Below are positions 26,519-36,860 of a stretch of DNA of 64,000 nucleotides, in pieces. Made by a program: the position numbers and the translations under genes. How positions within the stretch are numbered: position 1 is the first letter of the stretch; every line of letters begins with the position of its first letter. This stretch comes from a virus. A model generated the notes under the pieces. It made no database searches, had not been told where the DNA came from, and was given only the letters and a program-made list of their open reading frames with translations. The DNA lies in IMG/VR virus record IMGVR_UViG_3300033233_000006, positions 1 through 64,000 of that record; one strand, written 5' to 3'.

Positions 26519-29500
26519 CCGCGTTGTTGACGCACTTCGCCTCGTCTTCGGCGCCGAGCGCGAGGAGCGGCGGGCGGCAGAATCGCCGTCAGCCGCCGCG
26601 CTCGCTGCTCAGCCGTCGTCGATGTACTCGATGTACGGACGCGACGACCTCGGTGGTCTGCTCTCCGTCTCGCAGATCCTCATGGACCGCTACGCCGACT
26701 ACGAGGCGATGGAGGAGTATCCCGACATCGGGTGCTTGGCCGAGGGCACGCTCGTCTACGTCGTTACTGACACCGGGATCGTGAAGCCCGTCCCGATCGA
26801 AGTGATCGCCGTCGAGGGCGAGGGAATCACGATCCTCGGCTTCGACGTGAACCGAAAGCGCATCGTCAAGATCCAGGCGAACAACCCGCGGCTCACATCG
26901 CCATCGATGGACGTGGTTGCCGTGAAGATGTCGAACGGGCGAACCATCAAGGCGACGCCCGATCACCTCTTCCTCACAGCCGACGGCTGGGCCGCCGCCG
27001 ATCCGTCGAAGGTGAAGGACGGGGTCAAGGCTGCGAAGCTCGTGAAGGGCGCCATCCTCATCGGCATGTTCGCCGGGTTCAACCCGACGGGCCTGACCGC
27101 TCTGGTCGAGCCGCGGTGGGGTAAGCTCGAAGTCCTCGAAGACCCGACGCCCGCCGGCAAGGCGAAGGTCTACGACATCACGACGGTGACGCACAACTTC
27201 ATCGCGGAAGGGACGTGCGTCCACAACTCCGCCTACCGCTACTTCGCCAACGACGCTGTCCAGCCGTCGGTCACCGACGGTCGTGTCATCTGGACCGTCT
27301 CCGACGACGACGCGATCCGCGGCATGACCGACGACCTCATGCACAAGCGGCTGCGCGCCGAGTACGAGCTGTGGTCGCAGGCTTACACGGCTGGGATGTA
27401 CGGCAATAATTTCGAGGAGCTTCTCATAAATGGGAGTGGCGTCGTCGGCCTGAACCATCTCCCCGTGCCGACCATGCGCCGAGTCGAGGGCCTCGACGGC
27501 TCCCTCATCGGCTACGTGCAGGACATCACCGGCCAGTTCACGGCCAACTCGCACGAGCTTCGCGCGATGCTCGCCGGCAACGTCGAGATCCCGAAGTCGC
27601 TCGCGCTGTTCGAGGACTGGCAGGTCGTTCACTTCCGCATGCGGGCTACGCGTCGTCGTTCGCCCTACGGCGTCGGCGTCGGCGAAGGCGCGCGCTGGGT
27701 GTGGAAGCGCCTGATCATGATGGAGGACGCCTCCATCATCTACTGGCTCAATCGCGTTCCTCGCTACGCGTTCTACGTCGACGTGACCGACGTTCCGCCG
27801 GACCGCGTCGAAGGCTTCTTGAAGAAGATGAAGCGGGATCTCAAGAAGAAGAAGATGGTAAATCCCGCGACGGGCAGGCTCGATATGAGGTATAAACCCC
27901 TTTGCCTGTCGGCACTTACGAAGATTCCGCAGCTTGATGGCACCGAGCGAACTGTTAGGGAGATGGCCGATGCTTTCGCTCGCGGTGAGGAGCAGTGGGT
28001 CTACTCGACCGACGTGGAGAAGCAGGGCCGCATCCTCCCCGGCAAGGTCAAGTGGGCTGGCAAGACCCGCGAGAACGCCGAGCTGCTCAAGCTCACGCTC
28101 GACAACGGCGAGTCCATCAAGGTGACGCCGGATCACAAGATGATTCGCCGCAACGGCGACTTCGCGGAAGCGCAGACGCTCAAAGTCGGCGACTCGCTCA
28201 TGCCTTTCCGGCGCGGGATCAGCACGCCAGAGAAAGGCTACGCGATCCACGGCTACGAGTGGGTCTACGACCCGTCGGTGAAGCTTTCGCGCTACACGCA
28301 TCGAATCGTCGCCGGTGAGTTGGGGATCAGGAAGCCAGGTCCGCAGGACACGGTGACGCACCACAAGGACTTCAACAAGCTCAACAACGACCCACGCAAC
28401 CTCGAAGAGATGGACCGGACGGCGCACCGCGAGCTGCACCAACTCGCCGGGCACACCGGCGGAAAAGCCGTGGCCGAGCTGCGGAAGGTGGACTCCGAAC
28501 TCGATCGGAAGCTCCGCGAGGCGTCGACACGAAACATCACAGCCTTCAACAAAGACCCGAAGAAGCGAGCGCGCACTTCCGAGCAGAATCGCGAGCGCGA
28601 CTCGGCGCAGTACATCCGGGCCTACAACGCTTCGGAGAAGCACGAAGCGGACAACGAGACGCGACGCCGGAACATGAAGGCGTTCTGGCGCGACAAGGAG
28701 CGCAGCGCCGCGAGCGCGATCAAGCGCCGTCTCGTCTTCTCCGACGAGTTCGTTCAGGCGATCCGGCGACTGATCGAGGAGCTGCCCGACGCCGGAGCGG
28801 AACGACTGGCGAAGCTCGCCAACGAGCGCGGGCTCGACAAGGTGCTCCAGGCGGCGAACGCGCGCCGGATCAAGCGCATCCACGCGGACATGCTCGTCAA
28901 GATGGTTCGCAAGCTCGGCTACAAGACGCTCGCCGAGTTCAAGGGCGTGGTCGTCTGCGACAACCACAAAGTCGTCGCGATCGAGTGGCTCGTGGAGCGC
29001 GAGGACACCTACACGCTCACCGTCGAGCCAGCTCACACCTTCGGAATCAGCGCCGGCATCTTCGTGAAGAACTCGCAGGACGAGGATTTCATCGTCGGCG
29101 TGCGCGAAGGTCGCGACCTCGCGCGCATCGAGGTCGTCTCGGCGCCCGAGTGGACGAACAACGAGAGCCTGGACTACTTCAAGCGGATGCTCCACGGGAC
29201 GCTCAACGTCCCGCGTGCCTGGCTCGGCCAGGAGGAACCGCTCCCGAGCAAGAACCCACTTAGCAGCGAAGACGTGCGCGCGGCGAGGGTTACGCTGAAT
29301 CTCCAGCAGGAACTCAAGCTCGGCTACGAGCGAATCTGCCGTGTTCATCTCGCGGCGCGGGGGATGAAGAACCCCGACGACGCCGACTTCTCGATCCAGA
29401 TGACGGTGCCCTCGGGCATCTACGAGCTGGCCGCCTACGAGGTACTCAACGCCCGCGCCGACTACGCGACGCGCATCGCGCCGTTCACGTCCGTCCGCTG

Positions 29501-30011
29501 GGTGCTGGAGAACATCCTCAAGATGGGCGAAGCGGAGATCGCGGCGATCGAGAAGCAGAGGAAGAAGGAACAACAAGAGGGCATGGGCGCCCCCGGTGGG
29601 ATGGGCGGCGGGATGGGCATGCCTCCCGCGCCGATGCCGCCGCCCCCGCCTTCGGGGGGTGGAAGTGAACAGCCTCCCGCGGAATCTCCGGGCACGGCTG
29701 GTACTCCCGAGCCTCCGCCTCCGGGCGCTCCGGCGCGCGAGTGGAAGGTCTACGACCAGGGGCGCCGTATCGAGGAGATGCGCTATCGCGAGTCGTGCCG
29801 CAACCACCAATTCCTCGTGGACAAGCTCGGTCAAGTCCTGTCTAATCAGGATGATGCGTTCTCTCATCGTGAGCGCGAGCGCCGCGCTTTCTTCGAGGAC
29901 TTCAAGAAGGCGACGATCAACTCGCGCCGTGGATTCACCACGGCTACCCCATCGGGGCGGGGTCGCGGAACGGCCAACGGATCGCTCCCGGCACTGGGCA
30001 ACGGCCACTAA
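26502..30011 (+). CDS. gp20: T4 gp20-like portal protein with two inteins
   Basis: RYADYEAMEEYPDI, LIMMEDASIIY, FYVDV..VP, EDF..VREG, LDYFKRMLHGTLNVPRAWL; located upstream of protease and MCP. Confidence 0.9.
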   Translation: MPPLRDRVVDALRLVFGAEREERRAAESPSAAALAAQPSSMYSMYGRDDLGGLLSVSQILMDRYADYEAMEEYPDIGCLAEGTLVYVVTDTGIVKPVPIEVIAVEGEGITILGFDVNRKRIVKIQANNPRLTSPSMDVVAVKMSNGRTIKATPDHLFLTADGWAAADPSKVKDGVKAAKLVKGAILIGMFAGFNPTGLTALVEPRWGKLEVLEDPTPAGKAKVYDITTVTHNFIAEGTCVHNSAYRYFANDAVQPSVTDGRVIWTVSDDDAIRGMTDDLMHKRLRAEYELWSQAYTAGMYGNNFEELLINGSGVVGLNHLPVPTMRRVEGLDGSLIGYVQDITGQFTANSHELRAMLAGNVEIPKSLALFEDWQVVHFRMRATRRRSPYGVGVGEGARWVWKRLIMMEDASIIYWLNRVPRYAFYVDVTDVPPDRVEGFLKKMKRDLKKKKMVNPATGRLDMRYKPLCLSALTKIPQLDGTERTVREMADAFARGEEQWVYSTDVEKQGRILPGKVKWAGKTRENAELLKLTLDNGESIKVTPDHKMIRRNGDFAEAQTLKVGDSLMPFRRGISTPEKGYAIHGYEWVYDPSVKLSRYTHRIVAGELGIRKPGPQDTVTHHKDFNKLNNDPRNLEEMDRTAHRELHQLAGHTGGKAVAELRKVDSELDRKLREASTRNITAFNKDPKKRARTSEQNRERDSAQYIRAYNASEKHEADNETRRRNMKAFWRDKERSAASAIKRRLVFSDEFVQAIRRLIEELPDAGAERLAKLANERGLDKVLQAANARRIKRIHADMLVKMVRKLGYKTLAEFKGVVVCDNHKVVAIEWLVEREDTYTLTVEPAHTFGISAGIFVKNSQDEDFIVGVREGRDLARIEVVSAPEWTNNESLDYFKRMLHGTLNVPRAWLGQEEPLPSKNPLSSEDVRAARVTLNLQQELKLGYERICRVHLAARGMKNPDDADFSIQMTVPSGIYELAAYEVLNARADYATRIAPFTSVRWVLENILKMGEAEIAAIEKQRKKEQQEGMGAPGGMGGGMGMPPAPMPPPPPSGGGSEQPPAESPGTAGTPEPPPPGAPAREWKVYDQGRRIEEMRYRESCRNHQFLVDKLGQVLSNQDDAFSHRERERRAFFEDFKKATINSRRGFTTATPSGRGRGTANGSLPALGNGH
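26733..27227 (+). mobile_element. Mini-intein (165 aa) in portal
   Basis: CLAEGT...TPDHLF...CVHN/S; no endonuclease domain. Confidence 0.9.
27903..29072 (+). mobile_element. Intein (390 aa) with HNH endonuclease in portal
   Basis: CLSALT...TPDHKM...HHKDFNKLNNDPRNL...IFVKN/S. Confidence 0.9.
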
Positions 30012-30073
30012 CCCATCAAGCCCCTAGCCGCGGATAACTGTAGACAGTAGTTTTGCACGGGTCAGGAGATCCC

Positions 30074-30940
30074 GTGTCCAACTCAGCAGCCATCGTCGAT
30101 GCGCTCCGAACCGCGCGCGGGCCGAACGATGTGCTCGCCAAGTTGAAGGCCGAGTCGCTCGAAGCGCGCCGCGATCGCATCGCGGAGGCGCTCGGGAAGA
30201 CCGACTGGATCGGCGGGCCCGCGGACCTCGTCGCGACCTACTCGCATCACGCTCTCTGCTCGAAGGACGGCTCGCTGATGCGCGTCCGCGTGAACGAGGA
30301 CAAGAGCGGCAAGATCACCTTCGACAAGCCGGAAGTCTTCCAGCTGGCGATGCCGGTCTCCGATGTGGGCCGCGAGGTCATGGAGACGGCGAAGGCTGCG
30401 GCGATGCACATCGTCGACGGCAAGTTCGCCGAGGCGACTCCGATGGTCGCGACGATCGCCAACGCGCTTTACACATCAGGCGACCTCAAGCAGCAGATCA
30501 CGACCGAGATCGCCAAGCGAAGCATCACCCGCGACGCCTGGTGGCACAGGGTCGTCGGCGAGCACATGGAGTCGCTCGGAGTCAAGGTCGAGCACACGCT
30601 CGACAACCCGGCTGACTCCGAGCAGCTCGTGCGAGCGGTCGACGCGCTCAAGGCATCGCTGATCGAGGCGCTTTCCTCGGCGTCGGCCTCGATCAAGCGG
30701 CTCGCCGAGCGGAACGAGACGCCCGAAGCCATCACCACGGCGGCGAAAGACATCGCCACCGACCTCAAGTACGCCATCCAAGCCCTCACCGGGGCGCGAC
30801 GCGACGACCCGGCTGAGCTGCAAGGCGTCTTCGAGGGAGTCGGCGCCGTCGCAGGGCAGCTCCGCCTCGGTGCGAAGTTCCTCGACACCCTGGCCGGACC
30901 GATCGGGTCCGCGTCCGTGACCAACAAGGAGACGAACTGA
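30074..30940 (+). CDS. Head-module hypothetical protein
   Basis: AGGAG RBS; between portal and protease. Confidence 0.8.
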   Translation: MSNSAAIVDALRTARGPNDVLAKLKAESLEARRDRIAEALGKTDWIGGPADLVATYSHHALCSKDGSLMRVRVNEDKSGKITFDKPEVFQLAMPVSDVGREVMETAKAAAMHIVDGKFAEATPMVATIANALYTSGDLKQQITTEIAKRSITRDAWWHRVVGEHMESLGVKVEHTLDNPADSEQLVRAVDALKASLIEALSSASASIKRLAERNETPEAITTAAKDIATDLKYAIQALTGARRDDPAELQGVFEGVGAVAGQLRLGAKFLDTLAGPIGSASVTNKETN

Positions 30941-30941
30941 C

Positions 30942-32219
30942 ATGCTTCTGCGCGACGAAGGCCCGACCTCCTCGATGCAAGAGGATCTCGCGGTGCTCAA
31001 GCTGGAACACCTCTTCGAGCACGGCGACGCCCCCATGGCCGCCGCGGCTCCGGCGAAGAAGGGCAAGGATGCCGCTCCGTCGGGCGATGCTGCCGCTCCG
31101 CGTACCGAGGTTCCGGTCCGCGCCGAGGACGACGCCGAGGGCGACGGGTCGGGCGACTTCGGCGCCACCAAGGCGACTCCGCCGAAGGATGACGCGGCTG
31201 GCGCCGAGGGCGGGGAGAAGCCCGCCAAGCCGAACCCGTTCGCCAAGAAGGACGACGACGACGACGAGGGCGGCGAGGAGGGCGGTGACGAGAAGCCGGC
31301 CAAGCCCAACCCCTTCGCCAAGAAGGACGACAAGGGCGACGAAGACGAGATGGGCGAGGCCATCGAGTCGATCCTCTCCATGACGGAAGAGGACATCGAC
31401 GGGCTCACCGAGGAGGAGGCCGCCGGAGTCATCTACGTCCTCGCCGCGCTCGAAGACATCACCGAGAACCCGTCGCCCAAGCTCGAAGCCGCGTTCGCGG
31501 TTCTCGACTCGTTCTACGGCCAACTGGCCGAGGGCGAGACGAGCACGATCGACCGCGATGCGCTCCTCGGCGTCGTCGAGGCGTTCGAGTACGTCGCGAC
31601 CGACCTCGGCATCCTCAGCGAGATGCACGGCGGGATGGGCAAGCACATCGCCCGTCACTCGGCGCGCGCCTCGGCCCACGGCATGATGGCGCACCCCGGC
31701 TCCATGACCCACCAGGGCAAGGTCAAGGAGATCAAGGTCAAGATGAAGAAGGCCCACGCCTTCAAGAAGGGCCTCAAGGACTTCAAGCCCCCGGCCATGA
31801 AGCACGGGAAGCACGGCAAGGGCTACGGCAAGCACGAGGACGAGGAGCAGACCTCGACGCCGCTCAGCGACCTGGTCACCAACCTCAACGCCCTCAAGAA
31901 CGCCGTCACGGCGGGCAAGGTCGAGCAGGAGTCGCAGAGCGAGCTGCTCGACGGCTTCAAGTCCGTCCACGAGACGGCGACCACCTGGTACGAGGCGATC
32001 GCGAACGAGGTCAAGACGGCGATCTCGGAGAACAAGACGGACGAGAACGATCCGCGCATCGTGATCGGTCGCCACCTCGAAGGCATCGCCAACGATGCCG
32101 CAAGCGTCGGGTCGCTCGTGGCCGAGGGCAAGGTCACGGCGGAGCAGGCGGAGAACGATCTCCGCAACCTCGCCGCCGACCTCGACGACACCGTGGAGGT
32201 GATGCGCTCGGTCGAGTAG
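30942..32219 (+). CDS. Acidic prohead core/scaffold-like protein
   Basis: D/E-rich, duplicated KPAKPNPFAKKDD; function inferred from position. Confidence 0.65.
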   Translation: MLLRDEGPTSSMQEDLAVLKLEHLFEHGDAPMAAAAPAKKGKDAAPSGDAAAPRTEVPVRAEDDAEGDGSGDFGATKATPPKDDAAGAEGGEKPAKPNPFAKKDDDDDEGGEEGGDEKPAKPNPFAKKDDKGDEDEMGEAIESILSMTEEDIDGLTEEEAAGVIYVLAALEDITENPSPKLEAAFAVLDSFYGQLAEGETSTIDRDALLGVVEAFEYVATDLGILSEMHGGMGKHIARHSARASAHGMMAHPGSMTHQGKVKEIKVKMKKAHAFKKGLKDFKPPAMKHGKHGKGYGKHEDEEQTSTPLSDLVTNLNALKNAVTAGKVEQESQSELLDGFKSVHETATTWYEAIANEVKTAISENKTDENDPRIVIGRHLEGIANDAASVGSLVAEGKVTAEQAENDLRNLAADLDDTVEVMRSVE

Positions 32220-32302
32220 CGCCCGAAAGGGCGCCGGCTAGACCGCGCGCTTCGCACCGTAGGCAACGCCCGAGTCCACGAACGAACCCAGGAGATCACC
32301 CG

Positions 32303-34093
32303 ATGAGTCGCCGAGTCCTGAACGACCTGCAAGGCACCTACAAGATGTCCATCCTCGAAGGGCAGCAGGGCGGGAAGCTCGTCGTCGAGGGCAAGATCGG
32401 TCACTGCGATCAGGCCACGGCGAATGGCCGGGTGTACCCGCGCTCCGTCATGGAGCGCGAGATCGGCAGGCTCAAGCCGAAGATCGAGTCGGTCAGCGTC
32501 TACAGCGCTGTCGACCACCCGGGCGACGGCAAGACGCGCATCAAGGACTCGGGCGCGCTCGTTCGCGATCTCTGGATCGAGCCCTCGGGCGAGATCAGAG
32601 GCCGCTTCGAGGTCGTCGAGGAGGCTCCGGCTGGACAGGCGCTCGCCGCCTTCCTGCGCCGGGGCGCCTCGGTCGGCATGTCCTCGCGCGGCATGGGTTC
32701 GACGACGACCGGGCCCGGCGGCCACGATGTCGTCGGCGAGGACTTCCGCCTCAACACCTGGGACTTCGTCTCCGATCCGGCGTGCCAGGACGCCTACCCC
32801 TCGCTCGTCGCCGAGGGGGAGGAGGAGAAGATCACCGAGGATCACATCCGTGCCCGCTTCCCCAAGATCGTCACGGCGATCGAGGAACGCGCCTACGCGA
32901 CCGCTCAGTGCGTCGTCGAGGAGGACGCTCGCGAGCGCATCGGAACCGAGGTCACCACCCAGACCGAGAAGGACGCCGAGGAGGCGATCAAGCTCGCGGC
33001 CCCCAAGATCCGCGAGGAGATGAAGGCCGAGCTGCGCGAGGAGATGAAGAAGGAGCTGAGCGAGGACTTCGCCGTCAAGCTCGTCCGCGCGCTCGCCGAG
33101 ATGAAGGACACGGTGACGGAGGAAGTCCGCTCCGAGCTGTCGTCCGACCCCGAGGTCGCCGGAGCCAAGCTCGCGATCAAGAAGATCGCGGAGATGGTCG
33201 CTCCCTTCAAGGCGCCCGTCGATGTCGAGAAGGTGCTCGCCGAGAAGGACACCAAGGTCACGCGGCTGGAGACGCAGCTCAAGACGGAGCAGGAGAAGGT
33301 CGCGAACCTCGACCACAAGGGCAAGATCCTCGCCTACGCCGTCTACGTCGAGCAGCGCATCGCCAACCGCGAAGATGCCGCCGACCTGCGCAAGCTCATC
33401 GGCAAGCTCGAAGACGTGAAGTCGGGCAAGGAGCTGGAGGCGAAGGTCGACGCCGTCGTCTCCGAGGCCGACAAGCACATCGCCAAGGCCAAGGAGGACG
33501 CCGAGGAGCAGCTCGCTTCGGTCCAGGCCGAGGCCGAGGAGCGGGCCGCCGAGGCGGAGCGCCGCGCGCTCGACGCCGCGACGCGCGAGCGAAAGCTCCG
33601 CGAAGAGGTCGACAAGCGCATCGGGCAGGTCGAGTCGCAGGTCAAGTCCGTCACCGAGGACTTCAAGAAGAAGCTTGACGAGAAGGACAAGGCGCTCGAT
33701 GCCGCCCAGAAGCGGATCACGACGCTGAGCGAGTCCGGCAACAAGGCCAACCTCGCCTCGTACGCGAAGGAGCGGACAGCCGGACACCCCAAGGCGCAGC
33801 AGATCACCGAGGAGGTTCAGGCCGGCAAGCTCACCTCCAAGGTCGAGATCGACAAGCGCGCCACGAAGCTCGAAACGGCGGCCCAGGAGCCCGGCGGCGT
33901 CCACGAGCGCGTGCGCCGCGCGATGAGCGCCGGACGCGAAGCCATGACCGAGGACGAGCGCGTCCAGGTCGAGGCGACCGAGATCGCCTACGGAGACGAT
34001 GGAGAGGCGGCAGACGATCTCAGGGAGATCGGCACGTCCCTCACGGAGCAGACCCATCTCGCCCGAGGCCCCAGTCGGGCCCCGGGCATGTAA
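32303..34093 (+). CDS. gp21: T4 gp21-like prohead protease fused to coiled-coil scaffold-like region
   Basis: NGRVYPR, DHP, GMSSRGMGS, WDFVSDPA motifs, then about 400 aa E/K-rich coiled coil. Confidence 0.9.
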   Translation: MSRRVLNDLQGTYKMSILEGQQGGKLVVEGKIGHCDQATANGRVYPRSVMEREIGRLKPKIESVSVYSAVDHPGDGKTRIKDSGALVRDLWIEPSGEIRGRFEVVEEAPAGQALAAFLRRGASVGMSSRGMGSTTTGPGGHDVVGEDFRLNTWDFVSDPACQDAYPSLVAEGEEEKITEDHIRARFPKIVTAIEERAYATAQCVVEEDARERIGTEVTTQTEKDAEEAIKLAAPKIREEMKAELREEMKKELSEDFAVKLVRALAEMKDTVTEEVRSELSSDPEVAGAKLAIKKIAEMVAPFKAPVDVEKVLAEKDTKVTRLETQLKTEQEKVANLDHKGKILAYAVYVEQRIANREDAADLRKLIGKLEDVKSGKELEAKVDAVVSEADKHIAKAKEDAEEQLASVQAEAEERAAEAERRALDAATRERKLREEVDKRIGQVESQVKSVTEDFKKKLDEKDKALDAAQKRITTLSESGNKANLASYAKERTAGHPKAQQITEEVQAGKLTSKVEIDKRATKLETAAQEPGGVHERVRRAMSAGREAMTEDERVQVEATEIAYGDDGEAADDLREIGTSLTEQTHLARGPSRAPGM

Positions 34094-34107
34094 GGAGGTT
34101 CTTCAAG

Positions 34108-35559
34108 ATGTTGACTCAGCGCAGAATGATCAACGAGAGCGATCAGAGGGCCGCGGTGCGCGAGGCCGTCCCGATCGCCGACGAGTCGGCTGTAGGCCGA
34201 TACGTCGCGAAGTGGAACAAGCTCCTCATCGGTCTCGACGAGGAACTCGGTCCGCACGCGACGCCCGGCCAGAAGCAGTACGTGAGGGGCATCGCCGCCC
34301 TCATGATCGAGCAGGAGGTTCGCCACCTCAAGCGGCTGAACGAGGAGACGCGCGCTCTCTCGGTCGGTCCGTTCATGAAGTACGTGCTTCCGGTCATCCG
34401 GCGCACGGCGATCCGCCTCGTGGCGACGCAGATCAGCTCGGTCCAGCCCATGACCGGCCCGATCGGCGGCGTCGCGTTCTACCGTCCGCGCTACGCGAGC
34501 GACAAGGGCTCGATCGTCGCCGGCACGGAGATGAACAAGGTCTTCAACAAGTGGTACAGCTCCAACTTCGTCGACGGCGAGCCCTTCGCCACCGGCGACG
34601 CGGGCGGTACGGTGACGTTCGGACGCAACCTCCAGTGGCCTCGCCCGACGGCGGGGACGCTCGTGGTGAAGGTCAACGGCACGGTCGTCGGCACCGACAA
34701 CGGCGGCGGCAGCTTCAACATCGTCGCGGGGTCGATCCTGGCCGGTGGCTCGGGCTCGATCAACTACCAGTCGGGCCTGCTCAGCCTGACCTTCGGCACC
34801 GCTCCGGCGAACGGTGACAAGGTCACGGTCGAGTACCGCTACGACAACGAGCTGAACAGCCGCATCCCCGAGGTCCAGCTCGACATCGAGATCAAGGAGA
34901 TCCGGGCCGAGAGCCGCAAGCTCAAGAGCCTGGCGTCGGTCGAGGCGGCGGACGACCTCCGCGCTCTCTGGGGCCGCGACGTGGATGCGGACCTGGTCGC
35001 GCAGATGTCGGACGAGATGACCGCCGAGATCGACCGTGAGATCGCCGGCACGGCGCTCAACGCGGTCGAGCCGACGGCGGTCGTCAAGTGGGACCGTGCG
35101 ACCGCCTCCGGCGTGTCGGACCCCGAGCACCTCAAGTCGCTCACGATCCGGCTCTCCAGGGCGAGCCACATCGTCCACCGTCGCACCCAGCGCGCTCCGG
35201 CGAACTGGATCATCACGTCGTCCGAAGTGGCGTCGCTCCTCGACAACATCGACGGCTTCGTGGCCGTCGACGAGGGACACGTCTACCAGGGCGGCATCAT
35301 CAAGCAGGGCGTTCTCCAGCGGAAGTGGGTGGTCTTCGTCGACCCGCTCTTCCCGCAGAACCAGATGCTCTTGGGCTATCAGGGTCCGAGCATTCTGGAC
35401 ACGGGCCTCATCTACAGCCCGTACATCCCGATGGAGATCACTCCGAACTTCATCGACCCCAACGATCTGAGCCTGCGTCGCGCCGTGCGCACCAGGCACA
35501 AGATCACCCTCACTCGCCCCGAATTCTTCGCGCGAGTCGAGATCGACAACCTGACCTAA
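34108..35559 (+). CDS. gp23: T4 gp23-like major capsid protein
   Basis: VQPMTGPIG, SRKLK, EAADDLRA, AEIDREI, YSPYIP motifs. Confidence 0.95.
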   Translation: MLTQRRMINESDQRAAVREAVPIADESAVGRYVAKWNKLLIGLDEELGPHATPGQKQYVRGIAALMIEQEVRHLKRLNEETRALSVGPFMKYVLPVIRRTAIRLVATQISSVQPMTGPIGGVAFYRPRYASDKGSIVAGTEMNKVFNKWYSSNFVDGEPFATGDAGGTVTFGRNLQWPRPTAGTLVVKVNGTVVGTDNGGGSFNIVAGSILAGGSGSINYQSGLLSLTFGTAPANGDKVTVEYRYDNELNSRIPEVQLDIEIKEIRAESRKLKSLASVEAADDLRALWGRDVDADLVAQMSDEMTAEIDREIAGTALNAVEPTAVVKWDRATASGVSDPEHLKSLTIRLSRASHIVHRRTQRAPANWIITSSEVASLLDNIDGFVAVDEGHVYQGGIIKQGVLQRKWVVFVDPLFPQNQMLLGYQGPSILDTGLIYSPYIPMEITPNFIDPNDLSLRRAVRTRHKITLTRPEFFARVEIDNLT

Positions 35560-35603
35560 GAGTCCTTTCAGCTCTAGGGCTGGAAGTTGATTCTGGTTAG
35601 AAT

Positions 35604-35648
35604 AGAGACGGCGGTCAAGGTGATAAACCTCGACCGCCGTCTCTGTTT
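35604..35648 (+). terminator. Intrinsic terminator after MCP
   Basis: AGAGACGGCGGTC...GACCGCCGTCTCT followed by GTTT. Confidence 0.75.
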
Positions 35649-35709
35649 GTATACCGATTGCCTTGACTGTTGACGCCTGCCGCGGGTAGAACACCGGTCG
35701 AGGGCGCGC

Positions 35710-36771
35710 ATGGAAATCACTGAGAAGGATCGAGCCCGCTTCGATAAGAAGCTCGTCAAGTCACCCGAGCCGGACGGCTGCTGGATGTGGTCGGCGGGGA
35801 AGAACCCGCGCGGCTACGGCCTGTTCAACATCCGGGGCAAGGTCTGGCTCGCCCACCGCCTCGCCTTCGCGATGGCCCACGGCGAGATCCCCAACGAGCA
35901 GCTCGTCCGACACACCTGTCCGGGGAAGCACACCGAGGCGACGCGGGCGTGCTGCCGCCCCGACCACCTCGCCGTAGGCACGCACGCCCAGAACTCGGCT
36001 GACCGGCACGAGCACGGCACCGGACACATCAACGTCGGAGAGGACAACGCGCGCCACGTCCTGACCGGAGCCGATGCGCTGGCGATCTACGCTGACACAG
36101 AGGCCACGCAGAGCGCGCTCGCCGAGCGCTTCGGCGTCAGCCAGAACCTCGTCATGCTCATCAAGAAGGGGCGCGCGTGGGCGCACGTCACTGGCGCAGT
36201 ACCTATTCCCGCCGTCCCGCGTTCGGATCGCGACCGGCACGCCGAGGTCGTCCGCTTCGAGGCTGGTGTCGCATCGGACGCAGATCGCGAGCGCTTCTGG
36301 GCGAAGGTCGACAAGACCGGCGAGCACTGGCTCTGGACAGCGGCGACCGCCAAGGACGGCTACGGGGTCTTCCACTGGCAGGGTCGGAAGATCGAGGCGC
36401 ATCGCTTCGCCTACATCGCCGAAGTTGGTCCGATTCCGCACGGGCTCGACGTGGCGCACGAGTGCGCGATCGACCTCTGTATGAGGCCCGAGCATCTCAT
36501 CCCGAGGACACGGGTCGACAACATGGCGAACGCGGAGACGCGTGAGCGGCTTTCGGCGGCCAAGAAGGGCAACCGCTACCGCTCAAAGTTCTCACCCGAG
36601 CAGGAGCGCGAGATCGCTGCACGGGTGGATGCTGGCGAGTCGAAGACAGCGCTAGCGCGCGAACTCGGCGTCTCGGACACGGCGATCGGGAAGGTCTGTA
36701 CCCGAGTTCTTCGCTCGGGCGGGCACGACAACCCCGTCAGTTCGCTTGATTCGTCGGGGCTTACGGGGTGA
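35710..36771 (+). CDS. Tandem HNH endonuclease with HTH modules
   Basis: Two CW.W/GYG.F...AHR.A...H.C..C.RP.HL units, each followed by an HTH. Confidence 0.85.
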   Translation: MEITEKDRARFDKKLVKSPEPDGCWMWSAGKNPRGYGLFNIRGKVWLAHRLAFAMAHGEIPNEQLVRHTCPGKHTEATRACCRPDHLAVGTHAQNSADRHEHGTGHINVGEDNARHVLTGADALAIYADTEATQSALAERFGVSQNLVMLIKKGRAWAHVTGAVPIPAVPRSDRDRHAEVVRFEAGVASDADRERFWAKVDKTGEHWLWTAATAKDGYGVFHWQGRKIEAHRFAYIAEVGPIPHGLDVAHECAIDLCMRPEHLIPRTRVDNMANAETRERLSAAKKGNRYRSKFSPEQEREIAARVDAGESKTALARELGVSDTAIGKVCTRVLRSGGHDNPVSSLDSSGLTG

Positions 36772-36860
36772 CCGACGAGAACGCCAACGACAAGACGTGG
36801 ACTGGAGTCGTGAGATGCTAAGTCGCAAGGACCGGGTAAAACAACGCTCGGGAGGCCAGG

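Noticed and set aside
26589-35694. Very long minus-strand ORFs (1139, 744, 568, 429 aa) opposite the head genes
   Set aside because: Antisense shadows of high-GC coding genes; no motifs, and the plus-strand genes are clearly recognisable.
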